Below the pieces are notes generated by a model. That model did no database searches and was not told the DNA's origin. It saw only the letters and a list, made by a program, of their open reading frames with translations. Below, in pieces: positions 9,559 through 19,694 of a stretch of DNA of 64,000 nt. Source of the DNA: Halorutilales archaeon Cl-col2-1 (GTDB lineage: Archaea; Halobacteriota; Halobacteria; Halobacteriales; Afararchaeaceae); NCBI GenBank assembly GCA_041891055.1, contig CP169074.1:928001-992000 (forward strand). Direction: 5' to 3'. Made by a program: the position numbers and the translations under genes. Within the stretch, counting starts at the first letter, position 1; the number at the start of each line of letters is the position of its first letter.

Positions 9559-10314
9559 TCAAGACAGCTTCGACCTTATGCGCGAGAGGAGAGAAGTCTT
9601 ACGTGAGCAGTTCGACGAGTAGTCACACGGCTCACATCTGGTTGTGTTCGGAGTCTTCGAGGGTATCTCTCCGTCGACTGCTTTCCTGAGGCTTTCGAGA
9701 ACCGAGTCGAGACGTCTCTCGTACCGACGGCTCACACGTGTCTCGCGCACGACTCCACGTCTCGGATACTCGACGTACGCCGTCTCAACGTCTTCTCCGA
9801 ACTCCAACTCTACGAGACGTGCCGCGGCTGTGGCTTCGATCCTGTGTGGCTCCCAGACACCGTTCTCCGGAGGGGTTCCTGTCTTGATGACCGACGGACG
9901 GTATTCACCCTCGACTGAGAGTATCTTGTCGAGAGTACCGTGTATCTGTGCCTCGGAGCCAGCGTCTATATAAGTCTCCTCTCGCCACGGCGACTCTATC
10001 TCGTCCCAGAAGTCGGAGTCAGTTCTTGTCTGTCGGAGTCGTGATCTGACCTCGTCTAAGTCAATTCCCTCAGAGTCGAGGAGATCGGGAGATATATCGT
10101 CTCCGTAATCGTACTCCGCGAGGTCAACCGCGTCCCCAACGGCTCCCCGTGGGTCTTCGATGAAGTCACCGTACCTGTACGCAATCTGATTGAGCACGAG
10201 GTAGACGGGACTTATGCTCGGAGAGTCGTCGGTGTCGAGGTCGAAGTAGAACTGACGTGGACAGTAGGCTCCCTGTCGAAGATCCGAGAGGCTGAACCGG
10301 TCTCTAGTCTGCAT
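9559..10314 (-). CDS. Stand-alone Cas4-like PD-(D/E)XK protein with four-Cys cluster motif
   Basis: SDLRQGAYCPRQFYF, HGTLDK, IKTG, C-terminal CEPCDYSSNC; ATG at 10314. Confidence 0.8.
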   Translation of the reverse strand: MQTRDRFSLSDLRQGAYCPRQFYFDLDTDDSPSISPVYLVLNQIAYRYGDFIEDPRGAVGDAVDLAEYDYGDDISPDLLDSEGIDLDEVRSRLRQTRTDSDFWDEIESPWREETYIDAGSEAQIHGTLDKILSVEGEYRPSVIKTGTPPENGVWEPHRIEATAAARLVELEFGEDVETAYVEYPRRGVVRETRVSRRYERRLDSVLESLRKAVDGEIPSKTPNTTRCEPCDYSSNCSRKTSLLSRIRSKLS

Positions 10315-10372
10315 CCACAGGTGGCTTTCGTCCTCGGAGTACTTATTTGTATTTGAGGTTCGTGTGGTAGAT

Positions 10373-10792
10373 ATGGCGGAGTCAGACACGGGAGAAACAC
10401 ACGACGAGTACAGATCCGGGTACTGCAACATAGGTGAGTACGAAAGGAGAAAGAGATACACGGTCGCTGTGCTAGGCTTCGTCGCGTCGGCTGTATACGT
10501 CGCTGTGATACTGCTGACCGAAATACCCGGCTACCTCGTAGTCGGAGTCTTCGTTCCCCTGACTGTCGGATTTGAGGGTTACATACAGGGAAAGAGGTCT
10601 TTCTGTGTGACTCTGGGTCTCCTCGGTAAGTACAGTTTCTCGTCAGAGGCGTCCGGGTCAGACTCGGGTGACGTGACGGACTCCGAGGAGAGGAGGTCGG
10701 ACAGACTCTACGCTCTCCGTATAACCGTCACGGCACTGACAGCCGCGGCTCTGACTACCACAGCCATCTACATCGGGGTCACGTCGATTTGA
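10373..10792 (+). CDS. Small membrane protein
   Basis: YRSGYCNIGEYERRKR then three hydrophobic segments and SFCV motif. Confidence 0.75.
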   Translation: MAESDTGETHDEYRSGYCNIGEYERRKRYTVAVLGFVASAVYVAVILLTEIPGYLVVGVFVPLTVGFEGYIQGKRSFCVTLGLLGKYSFSSEASGSDSGDVTDSEERRSDRLYALRITVTALTAAALTTTAIYIGVTSI

Positions 10793-10922
10793 GAGGACGA
10801 GTGGAGGGAACGAGACGGAGTTTTCGATGAATTTATGTCTGTGACGTGTATAAGTATGGATGTACGGCAGATAGGTGACGTTGTGAGGCAGAGCTTCACA
10901 GCGCACAAAGAGTCTGGGACGT

Positions 10923-11064
10923 TCAGAAATCAGAGATTTCTGAGCCCACGAGATCATAGATCTCGGGACGTTCAGCAATCTCCGATTGATGAGCCAACAA
11001 GATCGGAGATCTTGTGAAGTCTCCGAATAGAGTTCGGATGCCAGCATAATCGAAGATTATGCGA
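10923..11064 (+). repeat. Tandem array of three twin-hairpin units (six hairpins) abutting tRNA-Gly
   Basis: [hairpin]-GCC(C/A)-[hairpin]-GA-(CGT/AGT) repeated with ~48-bp period; arms differ between units but stay complementary. Confidence 0.8.
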
Positions 11065-11131
11065 CGGTAGTGTAGTGGTATCACGTGACCCTGCCACGGT
11101 CACAACACGGGTTCAAATCCCGTCCGTCGCA
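11061..11131 (+). tRNA. tRNA-Gly (GCC)
   Basis: Acceptor stem GCGACGG/CCGTCGC-A, anticodon arm TGACC-CT-GCC-AC-GGTCA, T-loop GGTTCAAATCC. Confidence 0.96.
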
Positions 11132-11141
11132 CTACTACTAG

Positions 11142-11909
11142 ATGTATTTCTCCGACCTACTCGAAGAAGCCGAGAGGGAGGAAAGAGTCCTCCGAGTCTA
11201 TAACTACACCGGAACCAGAGGTATGTTAGACGTAGTCTCGGAGTATCTCAGTGCGTGGAACGTCGATGTCGAACTCTGTGGCGAGAACACGTCGATTCCC
11301 GGGAACACAGCTGTTCTGGGGACTCCCGAGAACCCCAACGCGGCTTCCGTGGTAGACGACATCTACACCTACCTCGCATACAGAGGAGATAGGGAGAAGT
11401 CGGAGGATGACTTCGGGAGAAAGGAGACACCCGAGGTCATAAGCGAGCTGTACGGCTCGACGTTCGAGTTCGAGACGAAGGCGAGCCTCGTGACGGCGTC
11501 ACACGAGGTCGAGGGTACGGCTCTACGCAGAGGCGAAGGCACTGTATATTCGGGTTTCCAGAGACTCCCACTCGTCGAGGATCAGTGGGGTACTTACTCG
11601 GAGATGGCTTCTCTTGGGATAGACGTCCACGTATACGGATCACGCGGATTCTCAGAAGACACCTGGAGACCACCCGACTCCGACGAGACAGAGGTCACGT
11701 TCCACGTGAGTGACTCGCCTCAGATACAGAGGTACTGGTTCGTCGTCTTCGATGGGGGCGACGGCACTGGACGCGCGCTACTCGCTGAGGAGCGCGAGCC
11801 CAGGAGTTACTACGGCTTTCTGACCGACGACTACCGAAGAGTCACACGGATTGTCGACGTCATCGACTCGGTCGAGACCCAGACTCAGAAGGAACGTCGA
11901 TCCGACTGA
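11142..11909 (+). CDS. DICT sensory domain protein
   Basis: ASHEVE...GTVYSGFQRL, DVHVYG, YWFVVFDG, ALLAEE...YYGF. Confidence 0.85.
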   Translation: MYFSDLLEEAEREERVLRVYNYTGTRGMLDVVSEYLSAWNVDVELCGENTSIPGNTAVLGTPENPNAASVVDDIYTYLAYRGDREKSEDDFGRKETPEVISELYGSTFEFETKASLVTASHEVEGTALRRGEGTVYSGFQRLPLVEDQWGTYSEMASLGIDVHVYGSRGFSEDTWRPPDSDETEVTFHVSDSPQIQRYWFVVFDGGDGTGRALLAEEREPRSYYGFLTDDYRRVTRIVDVIDSVETQTQKERRSD

Positions 11910-13260
11910 ACTCGAACCTCGCGCCTCCGTCGTCGCTCTCGACGACATCCACTTCCCAGCCGTGTGACTCGGCTATCTCCTCTACTATGTCGAGACCCAG
12001 ACCCGTACCTGTCTCCGAGGTCGTGTATCCCGACTCAAGCACCTCGTCACGTTCGTTCTCAGGAATTCCCTCGCCGTCGTCCTCGACGTAGAAGCCATCG
12101 ACGTCTGCGAGACTTCCGACACGGACAGTAACGTCGTTACCTCCGTGTTCTACGGAGTTCCTGAATAGATTTTCGAGCATCTGTTGGACGCGTCCGGGAT
12201 GTGCGCAGAGTGTAAGGTCGTCGTCGACTACGAGATCCGCACAGACTCTCTCCTCCGACTCGGAGTCGACGCTCGCGTAACAGTTCTCGGCAATCTCGGA
12301 GAGGCTGACCTCCCGAATCTCCTCGTCGGAAACACCATCTCCTCGTGTCAGAGTCAGGACGTCGTCTATTATGTCCTCCATCCGTCGGAGAGCCTTCTGT
12401 GCTTTGTCGAGACTCTGGTCGACGGCTTCGTCCTCACATGTGCAGCTCTCCGCGACGAGTCGGAGACGTCCTTCTGCGACGTTGAGAGGGTTTCTGAGGT
12501 CGTGTGAGACGACGCTTGCGAACCTGTCGAGCCTCTTGTTCCGCTCCTCAAGACTCGCCTCGTACTCACGTATCCGGGATATATCACGTCCAGTACAGAC
12601 GATCCCGGCTACGTCGCCGTCCTCGTACATCAAAGAGGCAGAGAAGAGTCCGGGTATCGTTTCTCCGTCCTTCGTCTCGAAACTTGCCTCTACCCCGTCA
12701 ATTCCGCCTCTGTCGATAGCCTCCTGTACGGGACTCGGACCTTCCTCGACCGGAAGTTCTCCGTCGGCGAAGACCGTCTTACACGAAGATCCCAGAAGCT
12801 CGTCCTCGTCGTAGCCCAGAAGATCCACGAGAGCACCGTTTACACGTGTTATGCTTCCGTCACGTGATACCACCATCAGACTCTCCTCCATCGCCTCAAG
12901 TATCCCCGAGAGGTAGTCGCGCGAGTAGGTCGTGTCGTGGAGTTCGTCTACCGTCTTCCGGCTTGTTACCACGACGAGGAAGACGAAGACGCCGCCAAGG
13001 GAGAAGACGGACGCCGTCGTAGCCGAGACCGATCCGGCTCCCGTAGCTACGACCGTAAAGGCTCTTAGGTAGCCGGCTACGAAGACTACCATCAGAAGTA
13101 GGAGGCCTCTCCAGCAGTTCTTCCGAGGAGTTCCCGTGTCGACCGACCTGATCATCCCGACTGTCTGGTACACCGAGAGCACGAGAAAAAGAGTTCCGAG
13201 TCCGATAAGAGCCATGATCCCCGACGTGGACACGGCTGGTACGGCTGTAATCTGTGCCAT
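11860..13260 (-). CDS. Membrane PAS-domain sensor histidine kinase
   Basis: Three N-terminal TM segments, PAS, H-box VVSHDLRNPL, ENLFRNSVEH, VEDDGEGI, GTGLGL. Confidence 0.93.
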   Translation of the reverse strand: MAQITAVPAVSTSGIMALIGLGTLFLVLSVYQTVGMIRSVDTGTPRKNCWRGLLLLMVVFVAGYLRAFTVVATGAGSVSATTASVFSLGGVFVFLVVVTSRKTVDELHDTTYSRDYLSGILEAMEESLMVVSRDGSITRVNGALVDLLGYDEDELLGSSCKTVFADGELPVEEGPSPVQEAIDRGGIDGVEASFETKDGETIPGLFSASLMYEDGDVAGIVCTGRDISRIREYEASLEERNKRLDRFASVVSHDLRNPLNVAEGRLRLVAESCTCEDEAVDQSLDKAQKALRRMEDIIDDVLTLTRGDGVSDEEIREVSLSEIAENCYASVDSESEERVCADLVVDDDLTLCAHPGRVQQMLENLFRNSVEHGGNDVTVRVGSLADVDGFYVEDDGEGIPENERDEVLESGYTTSETGTGLGLDIVEEIAESHGWEVDVVESDDGGARFEFSRIDVPSESGSRPSR

Positions 13261-13423
13261 TGTCAACCCCACCTAATACCCTCTACAAGAAGGAGGGTAT
13301 ATAATACCACTGCAAACTTTCAGGCTATAAATGTGGGTAAAAAGCACCCTATTCGTGGGTTCGTCCTTGGAGGAAAGAGATACCTGAGGAAACCGTTATA
13401 TGTCGTCGCCGTGAACTCCGTCT

Positions 13424-13699
13424 ATGGAGAAGGACGAACACGCGGTCGTGACGGTTACAGGTGCTGACCATCCAGGTATTGTGGCCTCCGTCACACAGAC
13501 CCTCGCCGACCTCAACGTAAACATAGAGGACATCTCACAGACGGTCGCGAGCGGCTTCTTCACTATGATACTCATAGCGAGCCTCCAGGGGACAGCAGTC
13601 GACGACCTCCGTGACGCCCTAAACGACGCCGCCGAGGACGAAGGGGTCGAGATTATAGTCCAACACCGTGACCTCTTCGAACATATGCACCGCATATGA
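13424..13699 (+). CDS. Single ACT-domain protein (UPF0237-like)
   Basis: VVTVTGADHPGIVA...NIEDISQTV...FTMIL...FEHMHRI. Confidence 0.88.
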   Translation: MEKDEHAVVTVTGADHPGIVASVTQTLADLNVNIEDISQTVASGFFTMILIASLQGTAVDDLRDALNDAAEDEGVEIIVQHRDLFEHMHRI

Positions 13700-13737
13700 T
13701 AACGTTAATGTGAGACTGACTCCTCTCATAGACTGGA

Positions 13738-13844
13738 GCCCGGGTGGCTTAGCCGGTCATAGCGCCGCACTCATAGGGCATTCGAGTAAGGCGCTCGTCT
13801 CCTGAGACATGCGGAGGCCGAGGGTTCGAAACCCTCCCCGGGCA
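13738..13844 (+). tRNA. tRNA-Met (CAT, elongator) with ~33-nt intron (13776-13808)
   Basis: GCCCGGG/CCCGGGC-A acceptor, CCGCA-CT-CAT-A[intron]A-TGCGG, CTCA/TGAG helix consistent with a bulge-helix-bulge. Confidence 0.93.
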
Positions 13845-13867
13845 TACTTAAGCTTACAGATGAGACA

Positions 13868-14228
13868 GCAGAATGCCTGACCCTTTAGGGTCAGGATGAA
13901 TGCTTAACTGGATATTCAACACAAGGAATATATTGCTCAAATACGTATCGAGTGTAACCGCCGTAACATTAGGTTGACGTAAGCGGAAGCTCGCAGACTG
14001 AACAACCTGCCGTTGAGCAAGGTCTTCGACCTTGCGAAGACACGCTCACCATGAGTGGGGAGATAGGCACGTTTGACCGTGCTGTACGGGCTGTAAACCA
14101 CGCTTTTGGTAATAATTAGGCGGGAACCCATGACACGACTCCCGAAAGGGAACTTGACCGTTAGGAAACGCCCAACCTTAATATCCGCTTCGCGGATTCC
14201 TCCGTCTTCAGGCGGAGGAGGAGGTCAA
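13868..14228 (+). mobile_element. ORF-less IS200/IS605 derivative (PATE-like) retaining an omega-RNA-like scaffold
   Basis: Left hairpin CCTGACCCT-TT-AGGGTCAGG (13876-13895), right hairpin CCTCCGTC-TTCA-GGCGGAGG and terminal TCAA; interior homologous to 690-941; left boundary approximate. Confidence 0.8.
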
Positions 14229-14320
14229 TCTATACTTCACCGAGTTCGGACAGAGACAGTACTCCGTCTGAGTTTCGCGTCCAGAAGCTTTTTACTTCGC
14301 GGGTTGTATTACCCAGTTGT

Positions 14321-15235
14321 ATGACTGAGTTTAACGGCTTCGCCGACGCCACAGAGGCAGAGGTCACGAGAGCGATAGGGAAAGAATGGTCAGACGAGTT
14401 CCTCGACTTCACCGAGAGCGACGTCATAGTACTCGGGGGTGGACCTTCGGGTCTCACCGCCGCAAAGGAGCTCTCGGAGAGGGGGGTCAAGACGATGGTT
14501 GTCGAGAAGAACAACTACCTCGGAGGAGGCTTCTGGCTCGGCGGCTTCCTCATGAACAAGGTCACCGTAAGAAGCCCCGCCGAGGAGATACTCGACGAGA
14601 TAGATGTCGATTACGACGAATCGGACGAGGCGGACGGTCTCTACGTCGCAAACGGACCCCACGCGTGTTCGGCTCTCATAAAGTCAACGTGTGACGCGGG
14701 GGCGAAGATACAGAACATGACCGAGTTCACCGACATAGTCGTGAGGGACGGACACCGAGTCTCGGGAATAGTCATGAACTGGACCCCCGTCCACGCACTT
14801 CCGAGAGAGATAACGTGTGTCGACCCCGTCGCAGTCGAGTCTAAGCTCGTGATAGACGCAACGGGTCACGAGGCGATGGCGGTCAAGAAGTTAGAGGAGA
14901 GAGGTGCTCTCGAAATACCGGGTGCTGGAGACTCAGACATGGACGCTACCGAGGACGAGGAGTACGGCGCTCCTGGACACGACTCGCCGGGTCATGACTC
15001 GATGTGGGTCGGAGAGTCGGAGGACGCAGTCGTAGAGAAGACGGGTCTCGTCCATCCCGGACTCATAGCCACGGGAATGGCGACCGCGACAGCACACGGT
15101 CTCCCGAGGATGGGTCCGACATTCGGCGCTATGCTCCTCTCGGGGAAGAAGGCGGCACAGGTCGCACTCGATGAGCTAGGAGTCGACGCGCCGTCGGTGG
15201 ATATGTCGGTCGATCCGGCTCCCGCCGACGACTGA
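14321..15235 (+). CDS. thi4: Adenosine diphosphate thiazole synthase Thi4 (Cys-type)
   Basis: [46 protein letters not shown]. Confidence 0.95.
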   Translation: MTEFNGFADATEAEVTRAIGKEWSDEFLDFTESDVIVLGGGPSGLTAAKELSERGVKTMVVEKNNYLGGGFWLGGFLMNKVTVRSPAEEILDEIDVDYDESDEADGLYVANGPHACSALIKSTCDAGAKIQNMTEFTDIVVRDGHRVSGIVMNWTPVHALPREITCVDPVAVESKLVIDATGHEAMAVKKLEERGALEIPGAGDSDMDATEDEEYGAPGHDSPGHDSMWVGESEDAVVEKTGLVHPGLIATGMATATAHGLPRMGPTFGAMLLSGKKAAQVALDELGVDAPSVDMSVDPAPADD

Positions 15236-15304
15236 TCCTGCTTTCTCGTTTGGTTCCGGACGCCGGATGACTTATACGGAACCGGCGTTAATCCAAGAGA
15301 CGAG

Positions 15305-16723
15305 ATGAGCCGAGAAGTCACCGTCTCCGAGGTTCTCGACAGAATTCCCGTGGGGAGGTTCCACAGACGTCTTCTGGGAATCTGTGGGAGCGCGTGGGCG
15401 TTCGACGGAATGGAGGTCATACTAATCAGTTTCACGCTCCCTGTCCTGAGTAACGCGTGGGGTCTCACGGGTATATTCGAGGGTCTACTCGGAAGCGCGA
15501 GCCTGATGGGAATGATCGCGGGGAACTGGATCTGGGGTGCATACGCCGACACGAACGGCAGGAAGAAGGCGTTCGAGTGGACAGTTCTCTTCTACTCCGT
15601 CTTTACGGGTCTGACGGCTCTGGCGACGGGTTTCTACTCGGGCTTCGGACTGCGTTTCCTCACGGGCGTCGGACTCGGGGGTGCTCTCGCTGTCGACACC
15701 TCCTACCTCTCCGAACATCTCCCGACACAGGAGAGAGGTAAGTACGTGGTCTACCTCGACGCCTTCTGGCCCCTCGGGAACCTCCTAGCCGTCGTACTCG
15801 CGTGGTTCTTCCTCTCGGTGGTCTCATCGGGCGGTATGATAGACATACCCGTCTTTGGAGAGGTCGCTAACTGGAGAGTCCTGTTCGCCGCGGCGTCGTT
15901 CCCCGCTCTCACCGTATTCGTGATAAGGAGGGGACTCAGCGAGACGCCGTACTACCTCGCTCTCAAGGGCGAGATAGAAGCCGCGAACGACCGTATACGT
16001 GAGATAGCCGAGGAAAACGGAGAGGAGTTCACACCCATCTCGGCGGAGGAGGTCAGGGAGACTCCGTCGCCCGGCTTCTCACGTCTCTTCGAGTCGGATC
16101 TGAGGAAACAGACTGCGATGATCACGACGGCGTGGTTCGGCGTAAACCTCGGCTACTACGGAGTCTTCATCTGGCTTCCGAGTACGGTAGGAGCCGCGGG
16201 GGTTGTCGGCAACGTGACGGTCGGTGGTCTTACCTTCGAGAGCATATACCTCTACTTCGTCCTGATCGCAGTCGTCCAGTTCCCCGGCTACTTCAGCGCG
16301 GCGTACCTAGTCGAGAGGATAGGACGGAAGCCCACGCTCGGATCGTACCTCGTCCTCTCGGGGGTCTTTACGTTCGTCTTCGCAGTCTCGATGCCCGACG
16401 TCTCCTTCTTCGGTATAGGTGCCGAGTCGAGCCTGAGTAGCTTCATAGCGGGTCTCCTCGGCGCGAGCTTCTTCGCTCTCGGAGCCTGGGGAGCGATATA
16501 CGCCTACACTCCCGAGCTCTTCCCGACGGAGGCACGTGCGACGGGCAACGGCTTCGCGGGGGGAGTCGGAAAGATAGGAGCGGTCATAGGTCCCATACTC
16601 GCAGGCGTACTCGTCGGACGAGGATACCTCGTCGCACTCGCTCCCTTAGCGGCGTCGTTCGTTTTAGGCGGCGTCGTCGTACTGCTTCTCGGACGTGAGA
16701 CGAAGGGGGAGCCATTATTCTGA
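15305..16723 (+). CDS. MFS transporter (NiaP/SV2-like)
   Basis: ~12 TM, ADTNGRK, YLSEHLP, ERIGRK, YTPELFPTEARATG. Confidence 0.92.
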   Translation: MSREVTVSEVLDRIPVGRFHRRLLGICGSAWAFDGMEVILISFTLPVLSNAWGLTGIFEGLLGSASLMGMIAGNWIWGAYADTNGRKKAFEWTVLFYSVFTGLTALATGFYSGFGLRFLTGVGLGGALAVDTSYLSEHLPTQERGKYVVYLDAFWPLGNLLAVVLAWFFLSVVSSGGMIDIPVFGEVANWRVLFAAASFPALTVFVIRRGLSETPYYLALKGEIEAANDRIREIAEENGEEFTPISAEEVRETPSPGFSRLFESDLRKQTAMITTAWFGVNLGYYGVFIWLPSTVGAAGVVGNVTVGGLTFESIYLYFVLIAVVQFPGYFSAAYLVERIGRKPTLGSYLVLSGVFTFVFAVSMPDVSFFGIGAESSLSSFIAGLLGASFFALGAWGAIYAYTPELFPTEARATGNGFAGGVGKIGAVIGPILAGVLVGRGYLVALAPLAASFVLGGVVVLLLGRETKGEPLF

Positions 16724-16724
16724 C

Positions 16725-17531
16725 ATGACGGCGGAAACAGATCTAAGGCAGACGGTTCATTTCTATCTCCACGACAGGGATACTCGTCTCGGAAAAGCGA
16801 TAGATCTGGGTATAATACTCCTCAACGCAGTCTTCGTCCTCGTCTATGTCGCTGAGACGTACACGTCGGGGTTCTGGGAGGGTCTACTCTGGGATATAGA
16901 GGTCGGCATAACCCTCGTCTTCGTCGTCGAGTACGTCGCACGTATCTACTCAGCCGACAACAGACTGAGACAGACATACGACGTCTACTCCGTGATAGAC
17001 CTCGTCTCTATACTCCCGACGTTACTCATACTCGTCTTCTCGACGACGGCTGTCGCGGGTCTGAGCTTCCTGAGAGTCCTCCGTGTCCTCAGGATATTCC
17101 GTTTCCTGCGTTTCTTGGAGGACGAGAAGTTCTTCTTCGGAACCGTCTCGGAGGAGTCTCTCCGGGGTGCGCGTCTCCTCACCACCGTCTTCATCATATT
17201 CTTCGTGACAGCCGGCTTCTTCTATTCCTTCGAGAACACCGTCAACCCCGAGGTGAACACATTCGGTGACAGCCTCTACTTCACGGTTGTCGCGCTCTCG
17301 ACTGTCGGATTCGGGGACATAGTTCCGACGACACGTCTCGGAAGGCTGACGGCTGTCTTAGGAATTACTGCGGGGATAATCTTCATACCGTGGCAGGCGA
17401 GCCGTATAATAAGAACGTGGACCCACGAGGGAAAGGTCTCAAAGCCGTGTCCCGACTGCGGTACGGAGTACCACGACCCCGACGCCGTCTACTGCCGGGT
17501 CTGTGGAGCGGAGATCGAGTCGGACGGCTGA
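16725..17531 (+). CDS. 6-TM potassium channel with C-terminal zinc ribbon
   Basis: S4 RVLRVLRIFRFLR, filter TVGFGD, CPDC...CRVC; ATG at 16725. Confidence 0.92.
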   Translation: MTAETDLRQTVHFYLHDRDTRLGKAIDLGIILLNAVFVLVYVAETYTSGFWEGLLWDIEVGITLVFVVEYVARIYSADNRLRQTYDVYSVIDLVSILPTLLILVFSTTAVAGLSFLRVLRVLRIFRFLRFLEDEKFFFGTVSEESLRGARLLTTVFIIFFVTAGFFYSFENTVNPEVNTFGDSLYFTVVALSTVGFGDIVPTTRLGRLTAVLGITAGIIFIPWQASRIIRTWTHEGKVSKPCPDCGTEYHDPDAVYCRVCGAEIESDG

Positions 17532-17537
17532 ATGGAG

Positions 17538-19631
17538 TTACTCCTCGACGGGTAAGCCGGTGTCCCTCCAGCCGTCTACGCCGCCTTGTATGTTGACTAC
17601 GTCCTCGAATCCGTTCCTCGCGAGTATCTGTGCCGCCTTAGCACTCCTCCCGCCCTTCTTACAGTAGACTACGACACGGTTCGACTCTATCTCGTCGAGT
17701 CTGTCACGTACCTCGTCGTGGGGTATCAGGTAGTCGGTTCCGGGTATTCTGTAGTCGGTGTGTTCGTCCTGGGTTCGGACATCGACCAGGACGTAGTCGT
17801 CCGAGTCGAGGATACGGTCGGCTTCTTCGGGAGTCGCCTCACTGAAGTCGCCGCCTCTGAACTCGAACTCGCTGACGAGGTTACGGAGGCTCTCGGTTCT
17901 GTTAGAGAGATTATTTGTCGACTCGGCGACCTCAGAGATCGTCTCTGTCTGTCTCTGTGACGCCGACCTGACGTTTTTCGCCTCCGCAGCCGTCTCCTCG
18001 CTTATGCTCGCGACGTCGTCGACCATCGAGACGACCTCCTGAGTCGAGTCCGCCTGGTCGTCGGTTGCGTCGGAGATCTCCTGGACTCCCGTGTTGGTCT
18101 CCTCGACGTTCTCGACGACGTCCTCAAATGCTTCGAGTGCGTCGTTTACTGTGTCGACACCCGTTGTGATTCGATCCTTGACCTCGTCTATCTCCTCGAC
18201 GGTGGCGTCGGTCTGGCTCTGTACGTCGTCTATGAGGCTCTCTATCTCCTCCGCCGACTCCTTCGTCTCCTCGGCGAGGCTCTTGACCTCGTTTGCGACG
18301 ACCTCGAAGCCATCTCCAGCCTCTCCCGCCCTCGCCGCCTCTATGCTCGCGTTGAGTGCGAGGAGGTTGGTCTGGTCGGCTATGTCGGTGATGACCTCGA
18401 CGACCTCATTGATCTCCTCCATCCTGTCGTCTAGCTCCGCGACCTGTTCGACCGTCTCGTCTGTTCTCCGGTCGATCTCCTCCATCTCGTCCATCGCTTG
18501 TTTCGCCGAGTCACGTCCCGACTCGCCTATATCGGCTGTCTCACGTGACTTCTGAGCGACGTTGTCCGCCGACGACGCTATCTCCTCTATCGTCGCAGAC
18601 AGGTCGCTCATCTCGTTCGAGATTCTCTGAAGGTTGTCGGACTGTTCCTCGGAGCCGTCGGATATCTCCTTCACCGACTCGGTGACCTCCTCACTCGCCT
18701 CTCTTATGCTGTTGTGACGCTGTCTGACCTCCTCGCTCGCCGAAGCCACCTCGTCCGCCGCCTCACGTATCTCCTTGACAGTCCTCTCCCACTCGTCGAC
18801 CATCTGGTTGAACGACTCGGCTACCGACTCCATGGCTCCGTTGACATGTGTGTCGGTGTCTATACGGCGTGTCAGATCGCCGTCAGCGACCTCCGACATA
18901 ATCTCCCCGTACTCCTCGGCGAGCCTCTTCCTCTCGGCTAGCTCGTCCTGTATCCCCTCGTTGTACGAGTGGAGGTAGGTGTCGACTGCGACCTGCATGT
19001 CGAGGTTGAGTATACGTAGGACAGAGAGTATCTGTCTCACACCCTCGTCTATCTCGTGTCTTATCTCTTCCTCGACGTCGGAGCCGATACCGGCTTCGGA
19101 GTCGCCGGTCAGCGACGAGACGACTCCGCCTCCGTCGGATGCGGCTCCGTCTAAGCTCTCGACGACGTTCTCCTGTATCCTCTCGCTTATCAGGGGAAGT
19201 ATGAGCTCGTAGTAGACGCCGTACTGACCTATGTACTGCTTGAGGGGCATGTCAATTAGGTCGTGTACCTTGCCTATCCTCGCGCGGTTCTCGAAGTACT
19301 CCTCGTCGTAGTCACCCGTCGCGAGGGTGACGAGGTAAGCCGACTGAGTCCGTTTGAGCGACTCGACGTCACGTGTCGACCTGTCTATGACATCGAGTGT
19401 CTGGTCGTAAGAAGTCAGCTTGTCGTAGAAGTCACCGACGAGGTCACTCTGGTACTCACGGAAGAGATCCTCCATCTCGGAGAGTCTCCTTTCGTCCTCG
19501 GAGTCGAAGTCGATGAAGTCCTTCCTCCACTCGATCTCTTCGTCGTCGATACCTATCTCGTCCATGAGGGAACCGACGTCTATCTCACGACTTCTCTCAG
19601 AGGCACCGAAGACGGACCGCTCATCTGACAT
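17538..19631 (-). CDS. Globin-coupled methyl-accepting chemotaxis protein (HemAT-like) with C-terminal rhodanese domain
   Basis: Globin (WRKDFIDF...[11 protein letters not shown]), HAMP, MCP tip [23 protein letters not shown], then VDVRT..E...[20 protein letters not shown]. Confidence 0.92.
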   Translation of the reverse strand: MSDERSVFGASERSREIDVGSLMDEIGIDDEEIEWRKDFIDFDSEDERRLSEMEDLFREYQSDLVGDFYDKLTSYDQTLDVIDRSTRDVESLKRTQSAYLVTLATGDYDEEYFENRARIGKVHDLIDMPLKQYIGQYGVYYELILPLISERIQENVVESLDGAASDGGGVVSSLTGDSEAGIGSDVEEEIRHEIDEGVRQILSVLRILNLDMQVAVDTYLHSYNEGIQDELAERKRLAEEYGEIMSEVADGDLTRRIDTDTHVNGAMESVAESFNQMVDEWERTVKEIREAADEVASASEEVRQRHNSIREASEEVTESVKEISDGSEEQSDNLQRISNEMSDLSATIEEIASSADNVAQKSRETADIGESGRDSAKQAMDEMEEIDRRTDETVEQVAELDDRMEEINEVVEVITDIADQTNLLALNASIEAARAGEAGDGFEVVANEVKSLAEETKESAEEIESLIDDVQSQTDATVEEIDEVKDRITTGVDTVNDALEAFEDVVENVEETNTGVQEISDATDDQADSTQEVVSMVDDVASISEETAAEAKNVRSASQRQTETISEVAESTNNLSNRTESLRNLVSEFEFRGGDFSEATPEEADRILDSDDYVLVDVRTQDEHTDYRIPGTDYLIPHDEVRDRLDEIESNRVVVYCKKGGRSAKAAQILARNGFEDVVNIQGGVDGWRDTGLPVEE

Positions 19632-19694
19632 TGTCTTACGTATGTCAGGAAGATATTTATGGCTTGTCAGTCGGACGTCGGCTGTCTCCGAGGT

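Noticed and set aside
10923-11064. CRISPR array near the Cas4-like gene
   Set aside because: No identical 25-40-bp repeats; the palindromes vary and only 3-5-bp linkers are constant; no cas1/cas2 in the window
11061-13844. Integrated island between the two tRNA genes
   Set aside because: No integrase, no duplicated tRNA 3' end, host-like composition
14229-14320. TPP riboswitch upstream of thi4
   Set aside because: Space is short and the TPP core motifs (CUGAGA with ACCUG/GCGNAGG) are not present together
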